Of a stretch of 64,000 nucleotides of DNA, positions 38,891 to 48,121 are shown piece after piece; the first letter of the stretch is position 1; the number at the start of each line of letters is the position of its first letter. The stretch lies in NCBI GenBank assembly GCA_944324645.1, contig CALUXB010000001.1, positions 428,837-492,836 on the forward strand, read 5' to 3'. The notes below the pieces were generated by a model. That model saw only the letters and a list, made by a program, of their open reading frames with translations. It was not told the DNA's origin and did no database searches. The position numbers were made by a program, and so were the translations under genes. This stretch comes from an uncultured Elusimicrobiales bacterium. Its GTDB lineage: Bacteria > Elusimicrobiota > Elusimicrobia > Elusimicrobiales > Elusimicrobiaceae.

Positions 38891-39364
38891 ATGCCTTTTT
38901 TAGGGTTTAAACAAAAAACTGGATTTACTTTAATAGAATTACTGGTAATTGTGTTGATTTTGGGGGTCTTAACCTCCATAGCGCTGCCGCAATACCGTCG
39001 TTCTGTGGAGCGGGCTCGTGTGGCGGAAGCGCTGACGTTGGTGCGGTCTATCTATGATTCGTGTGAGCGGCTGGCGTGGGAAAACCAAAAAAATAACTGT
39101 GGAGCGGCGGTGACGGCTGGCATAGCAAAATTTCCTAAATTGGATATTACGATAAAGGGAACCTACTCCTCAACAGGGACGGCATTACTTACGGATAACT
39201 TTACCTATGAGTTGGGCAATAATATTACGGCTACTTCCGTTAAAGGCAGTTATCAAGGCGCAAAAATAGTATTTAATGGCCGGAATTTCTCTTGTTCTGC
39301 GCCAGCTTCAGGGGAAGCTTCCAGGGCCTGTTCGGTGTGGGGGGCTTCCACTTGGAATGAGTGA
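38891..39364 (+). CDS. Type IV pilin-like protein (cluster gene 1)
   Basis: G|FTLIELLVIVLILGVLTSIALPQY; RBS GGGAG. Confidence 0.9.
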   Translation: MPFLGFKQKTGFTLIELLVIVLILGVLTSIALPQYRRSVERARVAEALTLVRSIYDSCERLAWENQKNNCGAAVTAGIAKFPKLDITIKGTYSSTGTALLTDNFTYELGNNITATSVKGSYQGAKIVFNGRNFSCSAPASGEASRACSVWGASTWNE

Positions 39365-39371
39365 GGAAATT

Positions 39372-39827
39372 ATGAATAAGAAAGGTTTTACATTAATGGA
39401 ACTTTTGACGGTAGTTATTATGATTGGTATATTGACGGCGGTTGCTTTGCCGCAGTACCGCAAAGTGGTGGAAAAAGGCCGTTTTACCAAGGCGCAGGTA
39501 ATGGCAAAATCTATGTATGATTCTTGCCAACGGCTGATAGCGGAATGGGGAGAGGAGGATTATGCTTCTTTGCCGGCTTCTGTGCGGAAAATATCCCGTT
39601 TAGATATTGGCAGCACGGATTTATTGCCCAGCGGCTTTGTGCTCAATGATTCCAGCAATTTGATTTCCGGGGCTGGTTTCCAGTACACGCTGAGCGGAAA
39701 CTGTATTATTAACATCAAAAAAACGGAAGGCAATTACTCCGGTGTTACTATGGATTATAGCGGTGTACAATTTTATAATTGTAACGATAACGGCAACGGA
39801 GCCTGCGATATATATGGTATAGATTGA
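39372..39827 (+). CDS. Type IV pilin-like protein (cluster gene 2)
   Basis: MNKKG|FTLMELL; RBS GAGG. Confidence 0.9.
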   Translation: MNKKGFTLMELLTVVIMIGILTAVALPQYRKVVEKGRFTKAQVMAKSMYDSCQRLIAEWGEEDYASLPASVRKISRLDIGSTDLLPSGFVLNDSSNLISGAGFQYTLSGNCIINIKKTEGNYSGVTMDYSGVQFYNCNDNGNGACDIYGID

Positions 39828-39837
39828 GGAAAGTGAT

Positions 39838-40389
39838 ATGCAAAAAATGACAGCTATTTGGAGAAACCGTTTGTTTGCTGGCCGGAGGGGTTTTACCCTG
39901 ATGGAAATATTGGTGGCGGTATTGATTTTAGTTATTTTAATTACAATGTCCGTGCCGATGTATGAGCGTACAATAGAAAAATCCCGCGTGGCGGAAGTGA
40001 GTGCAATGCTTAAACGTCTGAGCGAGTCTAAACTGCGCACGATGGATAGCCGCAATCTTTTTACCTATACTTCGGGTAGTTTTGGCCTGAACCAGCTGGA
40101 CATCACAGTACCTGCCAGCCCGGATTTTTCTTTCAGTCTTTATCCCAGCTCTTATCCCAATGCGGTTTGTGCCAAGCGTAGCCGCGGCGATAATGCGGGA
40201 ACGGTCTTTTTGTATTTAGGAGAAACCGCCCCGGACTATTGCTCTAATTCCTCTTCTTCTGTATATAATACCAGCGTTTGCCAAGAATATCGCTCCAGCG
40301 GGCGCAAATTTTTCTGTCAAAACGCAACGGGTACAACCAGCTGTGACGCTTATAGCTTGACCAGCTACACGGTTGGCTCTTGCAGTTGA
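39838..40389 (+). CDS. Type IV pilin-like protein (cluster gene 3)
   Basis: RRG|FTLMEILVAVLIL; Cys-rich C-terminus. Confidence 0.9.
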   Translation: MQKMTAIWRNRLFAGRRGFTLMEILVAVLILVILITMSVPMYERTIEKSRVAEVSAMLKRLSESKLRTMDSRNLFTYTSGSFGLNQLDITVPASPDFSFSLYPSSYPNAVCAKRSRGDNAGTVFLYLGETAPDYCSNSSSSVYNTSVCQEYRSSGRKFFCQNATGTTSCDAYSLTSYTVGSCS

Positions 40390-40400
40390 GCTCTCTTTTG

Positions 40401-40435
40401 CAAAAACCCCGCCTTTTAGGCGGGGTTTTTTGTTG
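40401..40435. terminator. Bidirectional terminator
   Basis: CAAAAACCCCGCCT-ttt-AGGCGGGGTTTTT. Confidence 0.85.
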
Positions 40436-40439
40436 GAAA

Positions 40440-41267
40440 TTAGTTGATTTTGCTGTGTGCGGGAATGTTTTGGGTAATCCATTTATTGGCCCCGATAATG
40501 GAGCCGGCACCGATAGTTACATTGCCCAAGATGGTGGTTTCAGCATAAATAATCACATCGTCTTCAATATGCGGATGGCGCACAATGCCTTTAACCGGGT
40601 TTCCGTTTTCATCCAACGGGAAGCTTTTGGCTCCCAACGTGACGCCTTGATACAACTTGACGCGGGCGCCTATTACGCAGGTTTCGCCAATGACTACGCC
40701 TGTACCGTGGTCAATAAAAAACGCCGGCCCTATTTGCGCTCCCGGGTGTATGTCTATGCCCGTTAGGCTGTGGGCGTGTTCGGTAATAATGCGCGGTACG
40801 ATGCGTACCCCGCGTTTGTATAAAAAATGCGCCATACGCTGGCAGGTAATAGCCAACACGCCGGGATAGCAGAGCAATGTTTCTATTTCGTCCACGGCGG
40901 CGGGATCTCCTTCGTAGGCGGCGCGGATGTCAGTGCCTAACAGTTGCTGAATATGGGGCAAGTTTTCCACAAAAGCCTGCGTAATATGCGCCGCTTTTGT
41001 GCGGCAGGCATCACAATCTTTTTTCTGTTTGCAAAAAAGACAAAGTGAATTTAAAATTTGCTTTTCCAACCCTTCAGCACATTGGGCCAACAAGCGCGGC
41101 TGGTCTTGGCGCATATTGTAAAGAGAGTATTGGCACAATAACGCCCGAAACCCCTCAAAAAGACGCACCACATCGGTGGTGGTGGGAATGTGGGGCGCTT
41201 TATCGTAAAAGGTTTGGTCAAAGGTGTTTTGCAGCGCTTGGGTGATAGAGTCGTAGTCGGGGGCCAT
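40440..41267 (-). CDS. cysE: Serine O-acetyltransferase
   Basis: AAYEGDPAA, TGIDIHPGAQIG, IDHGTGVVIGET, YQGVTLG, RHP. Confidence 0.93.
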   Translation of the reverse strand: MAPDYDSITQALQNTFDQTFYDKAPHIPTTTDVVRLFEGFRALLCQYSLYNMRQDQPRLLAQCAEGLEKQILNSLCLFCKQKKDCDACRTKAAHITQAFVENLPHIQQLLGTDIRAAYEGDPAAVDEIETLLCYPGVLAITCQRMAHFLYKRGVRIVPRIITEHAHSLTGIDIHPGAQIGPAFFIDHGTGVVIGETCVIGARVKLYQGVTLGAKSFPLDENGNPVKGIVRHPHIEDDVIIYAETTILGNVTIGAGSIIGANKWITQNIPAHSKIN

Positions 41268-41276
41268 AAATCCTTC

Positions 41277-41996
41277 TTACATTTTAAAATCTTCACCCAA
41301 ATACAGCCGCCGGGCGTCCGGGTCGTTTAAGAGGGTGTTTTGGTCGCCCTCTACTAAGATTTTTCCGTCGTAAATCAGATAGGCCCGCTCCGTCAGCGGC
41401 AGGGTTTCGCGCACATTGTGGTCGGTAATCAGTACGCCGATGCCCTTGTCTTTGAGTTTAAAAATCATGTGGCGCAGGTCCGACACGGTAATAGGGTCAA
41501 TACCTACAAAAGGCTCGTCCAAAAGAATAATTTTGGGGTTGCTGATCATACAGCGGGCAATTTCCATGCGGCGTTTTTCACCGCCGGATAAAGTCCAGGC
41601 TTTTTGGCGGGCCAATTTGGTCAGGCCAAATTCGCTCAGCAGGGCGTCCACGCGGCGTTTTTGTTCCTGTTTGTCGTCTAAAATGCGTTCCAATACCGCC
41701 AGCAGGTTTTCTTCTACGGTCAGACCTTTGAAAATGGTCGGCTCCTGGGCCAAATACCCCAGTCCGTGCCGGGCGCGTTCGTACATGGGCAGGGGGGTAA
41801 CATCTTCGTTGTCTATGAACACCCGTCCTTTAGTCGGGCGGATAAAACCCACCATCATGTAAAACGTAGTGGTTTTGCCGGCGCCGTTGGGGCCCAAAAG
41901 CCCCACGATTTCTCCGGACTTTACCCGAATATCCACCCCTTTGACCACCATGCGGTCTTTATATGCTTTTATGACGTTATCGCTGCGAAGTTCCAT
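41277..41996 (-). CDS. lptB: LPS export ABC ATPase
   Basis: GPNGAGKTT, LSGGEKRR, LDEPFVGIDP, ITDHNVRETL, YLGEDF. Confidence 0.96.
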   Translation of the reverse strand: MELRSDNVIKAYKDRMVVKGVDIRVKSGEIVGLLGPNGAGKTTTFYMMVGFIRPTKGRVFIDNEDVTPLPMYERARHGLGYLAQEPTIFKGLTVEENLLAVLERILDDKQEQKRRVDALLSEFGLTKLARQKAWTLSGGEKRRMEIARCMISNPKIILLDEPFVGIDPITVSDLRHMIFKLKDKGIGVLITDHNVRETLPLTERAYLIYDGKILVEGDQNTLLNDPDARRLYLGEDFKM

Positions 41997-42033
41997 AATA
42001 TATCCTGCGTCCTGACGCATGGAGCGCGGCCCG

Positions 42034-42978
42034 CTACAAAGTTTTATTGGCTGGGGAATTGTTAATTTGCTCTGATACAGTCCAGCCTTGCACCTGCCCC
42101 GAAAGGTTAATTTTACGCGTTTTATTTTCGGCGGTAATCTTGTCTGCTATTATAGCAAATGTGCCGTCCTCTGTTTTGCCCTGTATGAGCGGGCGCCCGC
42201 CGTATGCATAGGAAAAGCCCTTGATGCCGTCGTACTCTATAGTTTGGGCTTTTAAATGATAATTGGCGTTTTGCGCTTCGGCCCCGCCCTGCAGCAATGC
42301 GTACTGCTCTTTTTGCCGGGCGGTGAGTTCTTGGGCTTTTAAGGTGGCTATTTTGCCTTCTTTGTCCTGATAAGTAACAAAAATATTACCGCTTAACTGG
42401 TAGGTTTGGGCTTGTGTATTAAACACAGCCTGGTCAGCCAGGGCGGTTATTACGTCCCCTTTTGAGTCGTGGTAGACGAGCTTGATTTGCTTTTTGCCGC
42501 TGCCGTAGGCAGAGCCGTCGGCGGTTTTATAATTATAGACGGCTTTGTCTGCGTATACTTCGTACCAGGTTCCTTCCGGGGTGTTATAGCGGGCAAAGAC
42601 ATTGCCTTTGGCGGTAAACAAATTCTTTTTGCGTTGGGAAAGGGCATAATCGGAGCGGAAAGAATAGGTGCCGTTGTCGTAGCGGACATTGCCTTCAAAC
42701 TCTTCCTCTTCTTTTTCTTTATAGATAATCCAGCGCTCGCTGGATACCACGCCGCCTAATGTGTCGGGCAGCTGCGTTTTTTGTTTTTCTTTTTCTTTTA
42801 AGTGTTGAACCTTCTGCTTGGCAGCGGCCTGTACGGCAGCGGGATTAGGCCCGGAAACGGGCGAAATTTGGGCATGTTTTACGCCACAGCCTCCCAGCCA
42901 CGGCAGCAACAAAAAACCGGCCAGAGAGGCCATAAGGCGCCCGGAAAACCCGCGGCGCAGCCGCTCTTTCCCGCTCAT
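42034..42978 (-). CDS. Extended LptA/OstA-like beta-jellyroll protein, putative lipoprotein
   Basis: Lies between lptC and lptB; repeated AD.A.YN / L.GN beta motifs; signal ending LGGC. Confidence 0.7.
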   Translation of the reverse strand: MSGKERLRRGFSGRLMASLAGFLLLPWLGGCGVKHAQISPVSGPNPAAVQAAAKQKVQHLKEKEKQKTQLPDTLGGVVSSERWIIYKEKEEEEFEGNVRYDNGTYSFRSDYALSQRKKNLFTAKGNVFARYNTPEGTWYEVYADKAVYNYKTADGSAYGSGKKQIKLVYHDSKGDVITALADQAVFNTQAQTYQLSGNIFVTYQDKEGKIATLKAQELTARQKEQYALLQGGAEAQNANYHLKAQTIEYDGIKGFSYAYGGRPLIQGKTEDGTFAIIADKITAENKTRKINLSGQVQGWTVSEQINNSPANKTL

Positions 42979-43511
42979 TTAGCGGCCTCCTGCAGTTCTT
43001 TAATATCTTGAGGCAATTGGGTGGTTTGTTGTTTCAGTTCAATGGTCAGCAGTTTGGAATCAGTTTCTATGCCGCCGCGGGCCGTTACTTTGGTATTGCC
43101 GCGGGTAACAATGGTTTTTTTGTCCGACCAAACGCGGTCTTTTTCTATATCGTAGAAGAAACGGTCCGTGGCCAGGTCCGTCTTTTCAGTAAAAGAACGC
43201 ACGTGGGCATTCCCTTCAATGCTGACGAGTTTTTTAATATAGTCAAATGTGCCGCGTTTGCCGCTTACTTCGGCGCTGTCTTGTCCGTTTTCACGCAGTA
43301 AAAGGCGGGGGTTGGTCAGCACGGCGTTGTTAAGGTCTTGAAAATCCACTTCGTCGGCTTGCAAAATCCATTTTTTTTGGCTGTCTTTAGATTCAAAAAT
43401 GGTCACAGCCTCTGCGCGCTGCATATCGCCGTCATCGGGAGAAAAGTCTTTTTCACCCCCGCAGGCGCTGATTAGCAGACACAACAGAACAAGGATAGGC
43501 AATTTGTTCAT
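42975..43511 (-). CDS. lptC: LPS export protein LptC
   Basis: KWILQADE, TDLATDRFFYD, VTARGG; position between kdsD and lptA-like gene. Confidence 0.8.
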   Translation of the reverse strand: MNKLPILVLLCLLISACGGEKDFSPDDGDMQRAEAVTIFESKDSQKKWILQADEVDFQDLNNAVLTNPRLLLRENGQDSAEVSGKRGTFDYIKKLVSIEGNAHVRSFTEKTDLATDRFFYDIEKDRVWSDKKTIVTRGNTKVTARGGIETDSKLLTIELKQQTTQLPQDIKELQEAAK

Positions 43512-44503
43512 ACTTTTTTATCCAGCATAGCAATAAATTCAATCAAATCTTTCTCATCAATAATGCCCACCACTTTGCCCGTTTTGTCCAGCACCGGGAT
43601 ATTATCTACGTGGGTGGAGTGAATCATTTTGGCTGCGTCAATGGCGGGGGCGGTGTCTAAAATATGGTAGGGGTTGCGCGTCATCACTTCGGTAATTTTT
43701 TTATGGATAACGCTTTCGTCTTTTTGCAATTCACGGCGCAGGTCGCCGTCTGTAAAGTAGCCCAGCAGCTTGCCTTTTTTATCCACCACGCTGGTGGCGC
43801 CGGCGGCGTTGCTTTGCGTCATAATAAACAGAGCGTCTTTGACGGTGGCGCTTTGCGGCACGGTGGGATTATTTTTGCCTTTGCGCATTAAATCTTTGAC
43901 CTGTTGGGTCAACAGCTTGCCCAAAGAACCGCCCGGGTGAAAGAGGGCAAAATCCGTCTTTTCAAAATGTTTAATTTTCATCAAGCACACCGCCAGCGCG
44001 TCTCCCACAGCCAAGGTGGCAGTGGTGGAAGCGGTGGGAGCCAGATTGTAGGGGCAGGCTTCGCGGTCAATATAAATTTTGATATGGATGTCCGACATCA
44101 AAGCCAGTTTGGAATTTTCGTGCCCAGTCATAGAAATAATGGTTAACTTGCGCTGGGCCAGCGAGGGCAGAATTTTGTTGATTTCTTCGGTTTGCCCGGA
44201 AAAGGAAATAGCCAAAATGACGTCCCCGCTCATAATCATTCCCAAATCCCCGTGCAAGGCTTCCACTGGGTGCACAAAGAAAGACGGCGTGCCCGTAGAA
44301 GCCAGCGTGGCCGATATTTTGCGCCCGATAAGACCGCTCTTGCCAATACCCAACACAACGACGCGCCCTTTTGTTTCGGCACAGGCTTTGACGGCTTTTA
44401 AAAAGCCCGCGTCCAAGCTTTTGCGCGAAAGCTCCAGCGCTTTGTGCTCTACGTTTAAAACGTTGCGGGCGGTTGTTAAGATCTCTTTGTTGTTGTATTT
44501 CAT
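43508..44503 (-). CDS. kdsD: Arabinose-5-phosphate isomerase (SIS plus CBS domains)
   Basis: GIGKSGLIG, HPVEALHGDLG, LAPTASTT, FHPGGSLG. Confidence 0.95.
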   Translation of the reverse strand: MKYNNKEILTTARNVLNVEHKALELSRKSLDAGFLKAVKACAETKGRVVVLGIGKSGLIGRKISATLASTGTPSFFVHPVEALHGDLGMIMSGDVILAISFSGQTEEINKILPSLAQRKLTIISMTGHENSKLALMSDIHIKIYIDREACPYNLAPTASTTATLAVGDALAVCLMKIKHFEKTDFALFHPGGSLGKLLTQQVKDLMRKGKNNPTVPQSATVKDALFIMTQSNAAGATSVVDKKGKLLGYFTDGDLRRELQKDESVIHKKITEVMTRNPYHILDTAPAIDAAKMIHSTHVDNIPVLDKTGKVVGIIDEKDLIEFIAMLDKKV

Positions 44504-44513
44504 AAGGTTGCCT

Positions 44514-44681
44514 CTAGTCCAGCCACGGAGTGGTTTCGGGGGCCGGTTTTGGGGGTTGGTATTGCGCGGGTAATTTGGCGGCTGCGCACGAAAGAATAAA
44601 AAATGCCGCCGTGCATAACACCAGTATCACAGCCAATACTTTTAAATGCCATTTGAGGGTGGGGGTAAAAGGATTGGCCAT
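44514..44681 (-). CDS. Small 55-aa single-TM protein between kdsA and kdsD (not in ORF track)
   Basis: MANPFTPTLKWHLKVLAVILVLCTAAFFILSCAAAKLPAQYQPPKPAPETTPWLD; AGGTG RBS; fills the intergenic gap. Confidence 0.75.
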   Translation of the reverse strand: MANPFTPTLKWHLKVLAVILVLCTAAFFILSCAAAKLPAQYQPPKPAPETTPWLD

Positions 44682-44689
44682 AAGCACAC

Positions 44690-45517
44690 CTATTTAAATT
44701 TTTTGACTACGGCGTCTATTTGCACCAGCTGGCGGGTCATTTTTTCCACTTGTTTCATGTCCAGTGAGTTGGGCCCGTCAGAAAGCGCTTGCTGCGGTTG
44801 GGGGTGCGCTTCAAAAAACACGCCCGCTATGCCCAAAGCCGCCGCCGCTTTAGCCAGCACCGGGGCCAGCGCGCTGTTGCCGCCGGTGGCGGTGCCCAAA
44901 GCGCCCGGTTTTTGCACGGAGTGGGTGGCGTCAAAAATGACGGGATAGCCAAACTGTTTCATAATCTCCAGCGAACGCATATCCACCACCAAGTCGCCAT
45001 AGCCAAAGCTGGCTCCGCGCTCGGTCAGCAGGATATTGTGGTTGCCTTGTGACTCTATTTTTTTAATCACTTGCTCCATCGCCACCGGAGCTAAAAATTG
45101 GCCTTTTTTTACATTGACTGCTTTGCCCGTAGCGGCGCAGGCCAGCACCAAATCCGTCTGGCGGCACAGGAAAGCCGGTATTTGCAGCATGTCCGCCACG
45201 CGGGCCACTTCTTCCGCCTGCCAGGGCTCATGTACGTCTACCACCAGCGGCAGGCCAGTAATGCGTTTGGCTTTTTCCAAGATGTCCAGCCCTTTGGCCA
45301 GACCAGGCCCGCGGTAGGCCGATAAAGAGGTGCGGTTGGCTTTGTCAAAAGAAGCTTTTAAAATATAAGGGTGCGCCGTTTTGGCGATAATTTTTTTCAG
45401 CGTTTTGGCGGTGTCAATGTAATGTTTTTCACTTTCAATAACGCAGGTGCCCGCCATAAACACCAGCGGGAGGGTATTAGAAATTTTAACAGAACCTACT
45501 TTTACTGTTTTTTGCAT
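44690..45517 (-). CDS. kdsA: KDO-8-phosphate synthase
   Basis: KASFDKANRTS, QIPAFLCRQT, KKGQF, TERG, DATHSVQKP. Confidence 0.96.
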   Translation of the reverse strand: MQKTVKVGSVKISNTLPLVFMAGTCVIESEKHYIDTAKTLKKIIAKTAHPYILKASFDKANRTSLSAYRGPGLAKGLDILEKAKRITGLPLVVDVHEPWQAEEVARVADMLQIPAFLCRQTDLVLACAATGKAVNVKKGQFLAPVAMEQVIKKIESQGNHNILLTERGASFGYGDLVVDMRSLEIMKQFGYPVIFDATHSVQKPGALGTATGGNSALAPVLAKAAAALGIAGVFFEAHPQPQQALSDGPNSLDMKQVEKMTRQLVQIDAVVKKFK

Positions 45518-45576
45518 AAATACATCATACCAAATTTGCCCCTCTTACAGAGGGAAAAAGAACGGGCATTGGGGGC

Positions 45577-46050
45577 TTAATAGCGGATAATATAACCCGC
45601 CTGTCCTTCAATTTCCGTATCAGGGCCTTCGTCTTGGCCGGCTTGGGTCTGGCAGAAACTGTCCCCGGCGTTATTAAGCGGCACGCAGACCAGTTGTTTG
45701 AGGTTGTCCTGCGTAGCCAGAAAATATTGTACGTTTTGGGAGGCATCCTTTAAACGCAGTTCCAGCTCCCAGCAGGATTCATTCGGGTCCTCTTTCAAGC
45801 GGCAGAAAAAAGCCACCGTGAAATATTTTAATTTGTTTTTTTCGTTGACTTCTTTTTCATAACGGTCGGCGCGTTCGCGGGTCATATGTTTGCCGGCGTC
45901 CACCCGCTTTAATTGCCCCCACCAAATGGTGGCTTCGGCGTTGCGGGCGCTCTGCACAGCGTTTTGATAGTATGGCAAGGCGATAGCAGCCAAAACGCCG
46001 ACAATTAAGAGAACCACCATTAACTCTATAAGAGAAAAGCCCTTTTTCAT
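45577..46050 (-). CDS. Type IV pilin-like protein
   Basis: MKKG|FSLIELMVVLLIVGVLAAIALPYY; ATGA overlap with the upstream gene. Confidence 0.88.
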   Translation of the reverse strand: MKKGFSLIELMVVLLIVGVLAAIALPYYQNAVQSARNAEATIWWGQLKRVDAGKHMTRERADRYEKEVNEKNKLKYFTVAFFCRLKEDPNESCWELELRLKDASQNVQYFLATQDNLKQLVCVPLNNAGDSFCQTQAGQDEGPDTEIEGQAGYIIRY

Positions 46051-47219
46051 TTTTTATGCTCCGTAAATTCTGCAATTAATTTATGAATGGTTTGCTCGCT
46101 TAAGCGCAACCCTAAAGACCAGGCGGCTGTCTGCAAAATGTCCTGCAAAATGGCTTCCAGATGGGAATGGATTTCCGTGATGTTATAATTTTCGTCCAGC
46201 CTTAAATAATCTTCCAACACGGTGGCGGTTTGTTTATCTAGCCGGGCGCGCAAGGCGCGGGTGTTGTTCATTTTTAAGCGGAAATACAAAGGCCCTCCAA
46301 AAGACAGTTCGGTGAAAAATAAAATGGCCCGGTGGAAAAAACGGATAATTTGGGCGGCCAAATCGGCAAAATCTACTGCTTGGGTTTCGTGCCCGTTAAA
46401 AGATACTGTTTGGGCCGCATTCCATTTTGTCATTAACAGGCCATAGGCATTAAATTCGGTCATTTTATGTATTTCGCGGCGGCCGTCTATAATGGCCACT
46501 CCGTCTTGTACCGGCTGCATACTGGCGTGGGCGTGATGTGCTAAGTCCGGGGCGCAGCGGTCTATCAGTTTGGGCAGCTGGCGGTAATTTAGCAGCGGTT
46601 CTTGCGGATACAGCGGCAGCAAAGACAGCGTGGCTACCGATAAAGAAGCGGGGGAAATATTTTTGTTTTTAATATAGTTTTCAAAATGGCTTTCGGCTTT
46701 GTCGTATAAAATGTGGCGCAGTCGTTCGGATTTTTTGCGGTGGTCCAACAGCCAAGGCAGGCGGTCCGGGTGGACGATTATTTCCGGGCGGCTGCTTTGG
46801 CCGGTGCGAATATAGGCGCGTTTTAATTTGCCCACTAAATGCGGGGTCAGATTGCTTTGCGGAATGCTGACAACCACAAACATATTCTTGCCATCTTGGC
46901 TGACGCAGGTGTTGATATCTACAAATACGATTGGGTCAATATAGGTTTGAATGATGTCTTCTATGGTATTGCGCATCTTTTCGTGGTATGCAATGCCGGT
47001 AAAAGGGGGGCAGGGTTTGTCGTTTTTATCGTCGTTGACCCCCATAATGACCGTGCCGCCCATTGCATTGGCGAAGGAGGCAATGGTCTTGGCGAATTTT
47101 TCTTTGTTTTTAGGCAGATAATACTTATAATCCAGCTGTTTGCCTTCTGGCAGCTGTTGCTGACAGAAATGGACCACATCGTCAAAGGTCAAGTCGTGAA
47201 TTGGTTTGTCAAAAAACAT
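46047..47219 (-). CDS. Schlafen AlbA_2-domain protein with uncharacterised C-terminus
   Basis: PEGKQLDYK, IASFANAMGGTVIMGV, VVSIPQS..PH. Confidence 0.82.
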   Translation of the reverse strand: MFFDKPIHDLTFDDVVHFCQQQLPEGKQLDYKYYLPKNKEKFAKTIASFANAMGGTVIMGVNDDKNDKPCPPFTGIAYHEKMRNTIEDIIQTYIDPIVFVDINTCVSQDGKNMFVVVSIPQSNLTPHLVGKLKRAYIRTGQSSRPEIIVHPDRLPWLLDHRKKSERLRHILYDKAESHFENYIKNKNISPASLSVATLSLLPLYPQEPLLNYRQLPKLIDRCAPDLAHHAHASMQPVQDGVAIIDGRREIHKMTEFNAYGLLMTKWNAAQTVSFNGHETQAVDFADLAAQIIRFFHRAILFFTELSFGGPLYFRLKMNNTRALRARLDKQTATVLEDYLRLDENYNITEIHSHLEAILQDILQTAAWSLGLRLSEQTIHKLIAEFTEHKK

Positions 47220-47308
47220 AACTCCCCCCGGTCAGGCAGGCCTTGTATAATATTTATTATAATAAAAACAGGATTTTTTTAAAGCCCGCTTTGGCTGGGT
47301 TGATTGTT

Positions 47309-48064
47309 ATGAACGGACCGAATGCGAATCTGACTCCGTGGATAACGGAGAAATTTATTTCCGCTGCGCCTAAAGCCGCCGCCCAGGCATTAGGTGCGCT
47401 GGCCACCTATGAAGCGGTATTGCTGTTAAAACCGCTGAAAGCACAATATATGGTGGCTTGTTTGGAACCAATGGAATGTGGCAAGGCAGCCGCTATTTTG
47501 CGCAGGCTTCCTGCCCGGCAGGCAGCCCACGTGCTTTCGCGCTTGGATTTGCGCCAAGCTGCGAAGATATTTGCGGCGTTTTCTGTGCCGCAGCGGGAGA
47601 AAATGAAAATGTTGCTTTCTGCTTCTTTGCGTACGGCTTTGGAAGGGGTGGACCGTTGGCCTAAAAACAGCGCCGGGGCAAGAATGAAAACCGATTTTTT
47701 AGTATTTAAAACGGAAGCCAAACTGTCTGAAATAGTGGAAAAATTAAAAATTCTGCCGCGCAAAAAATTGCCGGCTGCTTGTTTTATAACCGGGCGGGAC
47801 GGCAAGCTGAAAGGGTTTATCCGTACGGCAGAGTTGGCTTTTTACACACTAGAGAGTACAGCCGGTTCCGTAATGAGTGAAGTAAAAGCGGTTTTAGCTT
47901 CTGCCCCGCTGGAACAAACACAAAAGATTTTTGACGAAGGGCAGCCCTTGGTGCCTGTTACAGATGAAAACGAAGTTGTATTAGGCGTTATTGCGCCGGA
48001 GCACGCCGTGGCGGTCCCAACGGCGCGCAAGAAACGGTTCGGTTGGTTTGGTAGTATCTGTTAA
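47309..48064 (+). CDS. MgtE intracellular N-domain plus CBS pair, no membrane domain
   Basis: Helical repeats, then AGARMKTDFL, FITGRDGKLKGFI, PVTDENEVVLGVI. Confidence 0.7.
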   Translation: MNGPNANLTPWITEKFISAAPKAAAQALGALATYEAVLLLKPLKAQYMVACLEPMECGKAAAILRRLPARQAAHVLSRLDLRQAAKIFAAFSVPQREKMKMLLSASLRTALEGVDRWPKNSAGARMKTDFLVFKTEAKLSEIVEKLKILPRKKLPAACFITGRDGKLKGFIRTAELAFYTLESTAGSVMSEVKAVLASAPLEQTQKIFDEGQPLVPVTDENEVVLGVIAPEHAVAVPTARKKRFGWFGSIC

Positions 48065-48072
48065 AAGCCTTG

Positions 48073-48121
48073 TTTTTTTTTTTTGATACATTTTGTTTAT
48101 GAACAAAATGTATCAAAAAAA
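48073..48121. repeat. T12 tract plus perfect 20-bp inverted repeat (pilin upstream element, copy B)
   Basis: T12 at 48073-48084. TTTTTTTGATACATTTTGTT (48078-48097), TATG loop, AACAAAATGTATCAAAAAAA (48102-48121). Confidence 0.95.
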
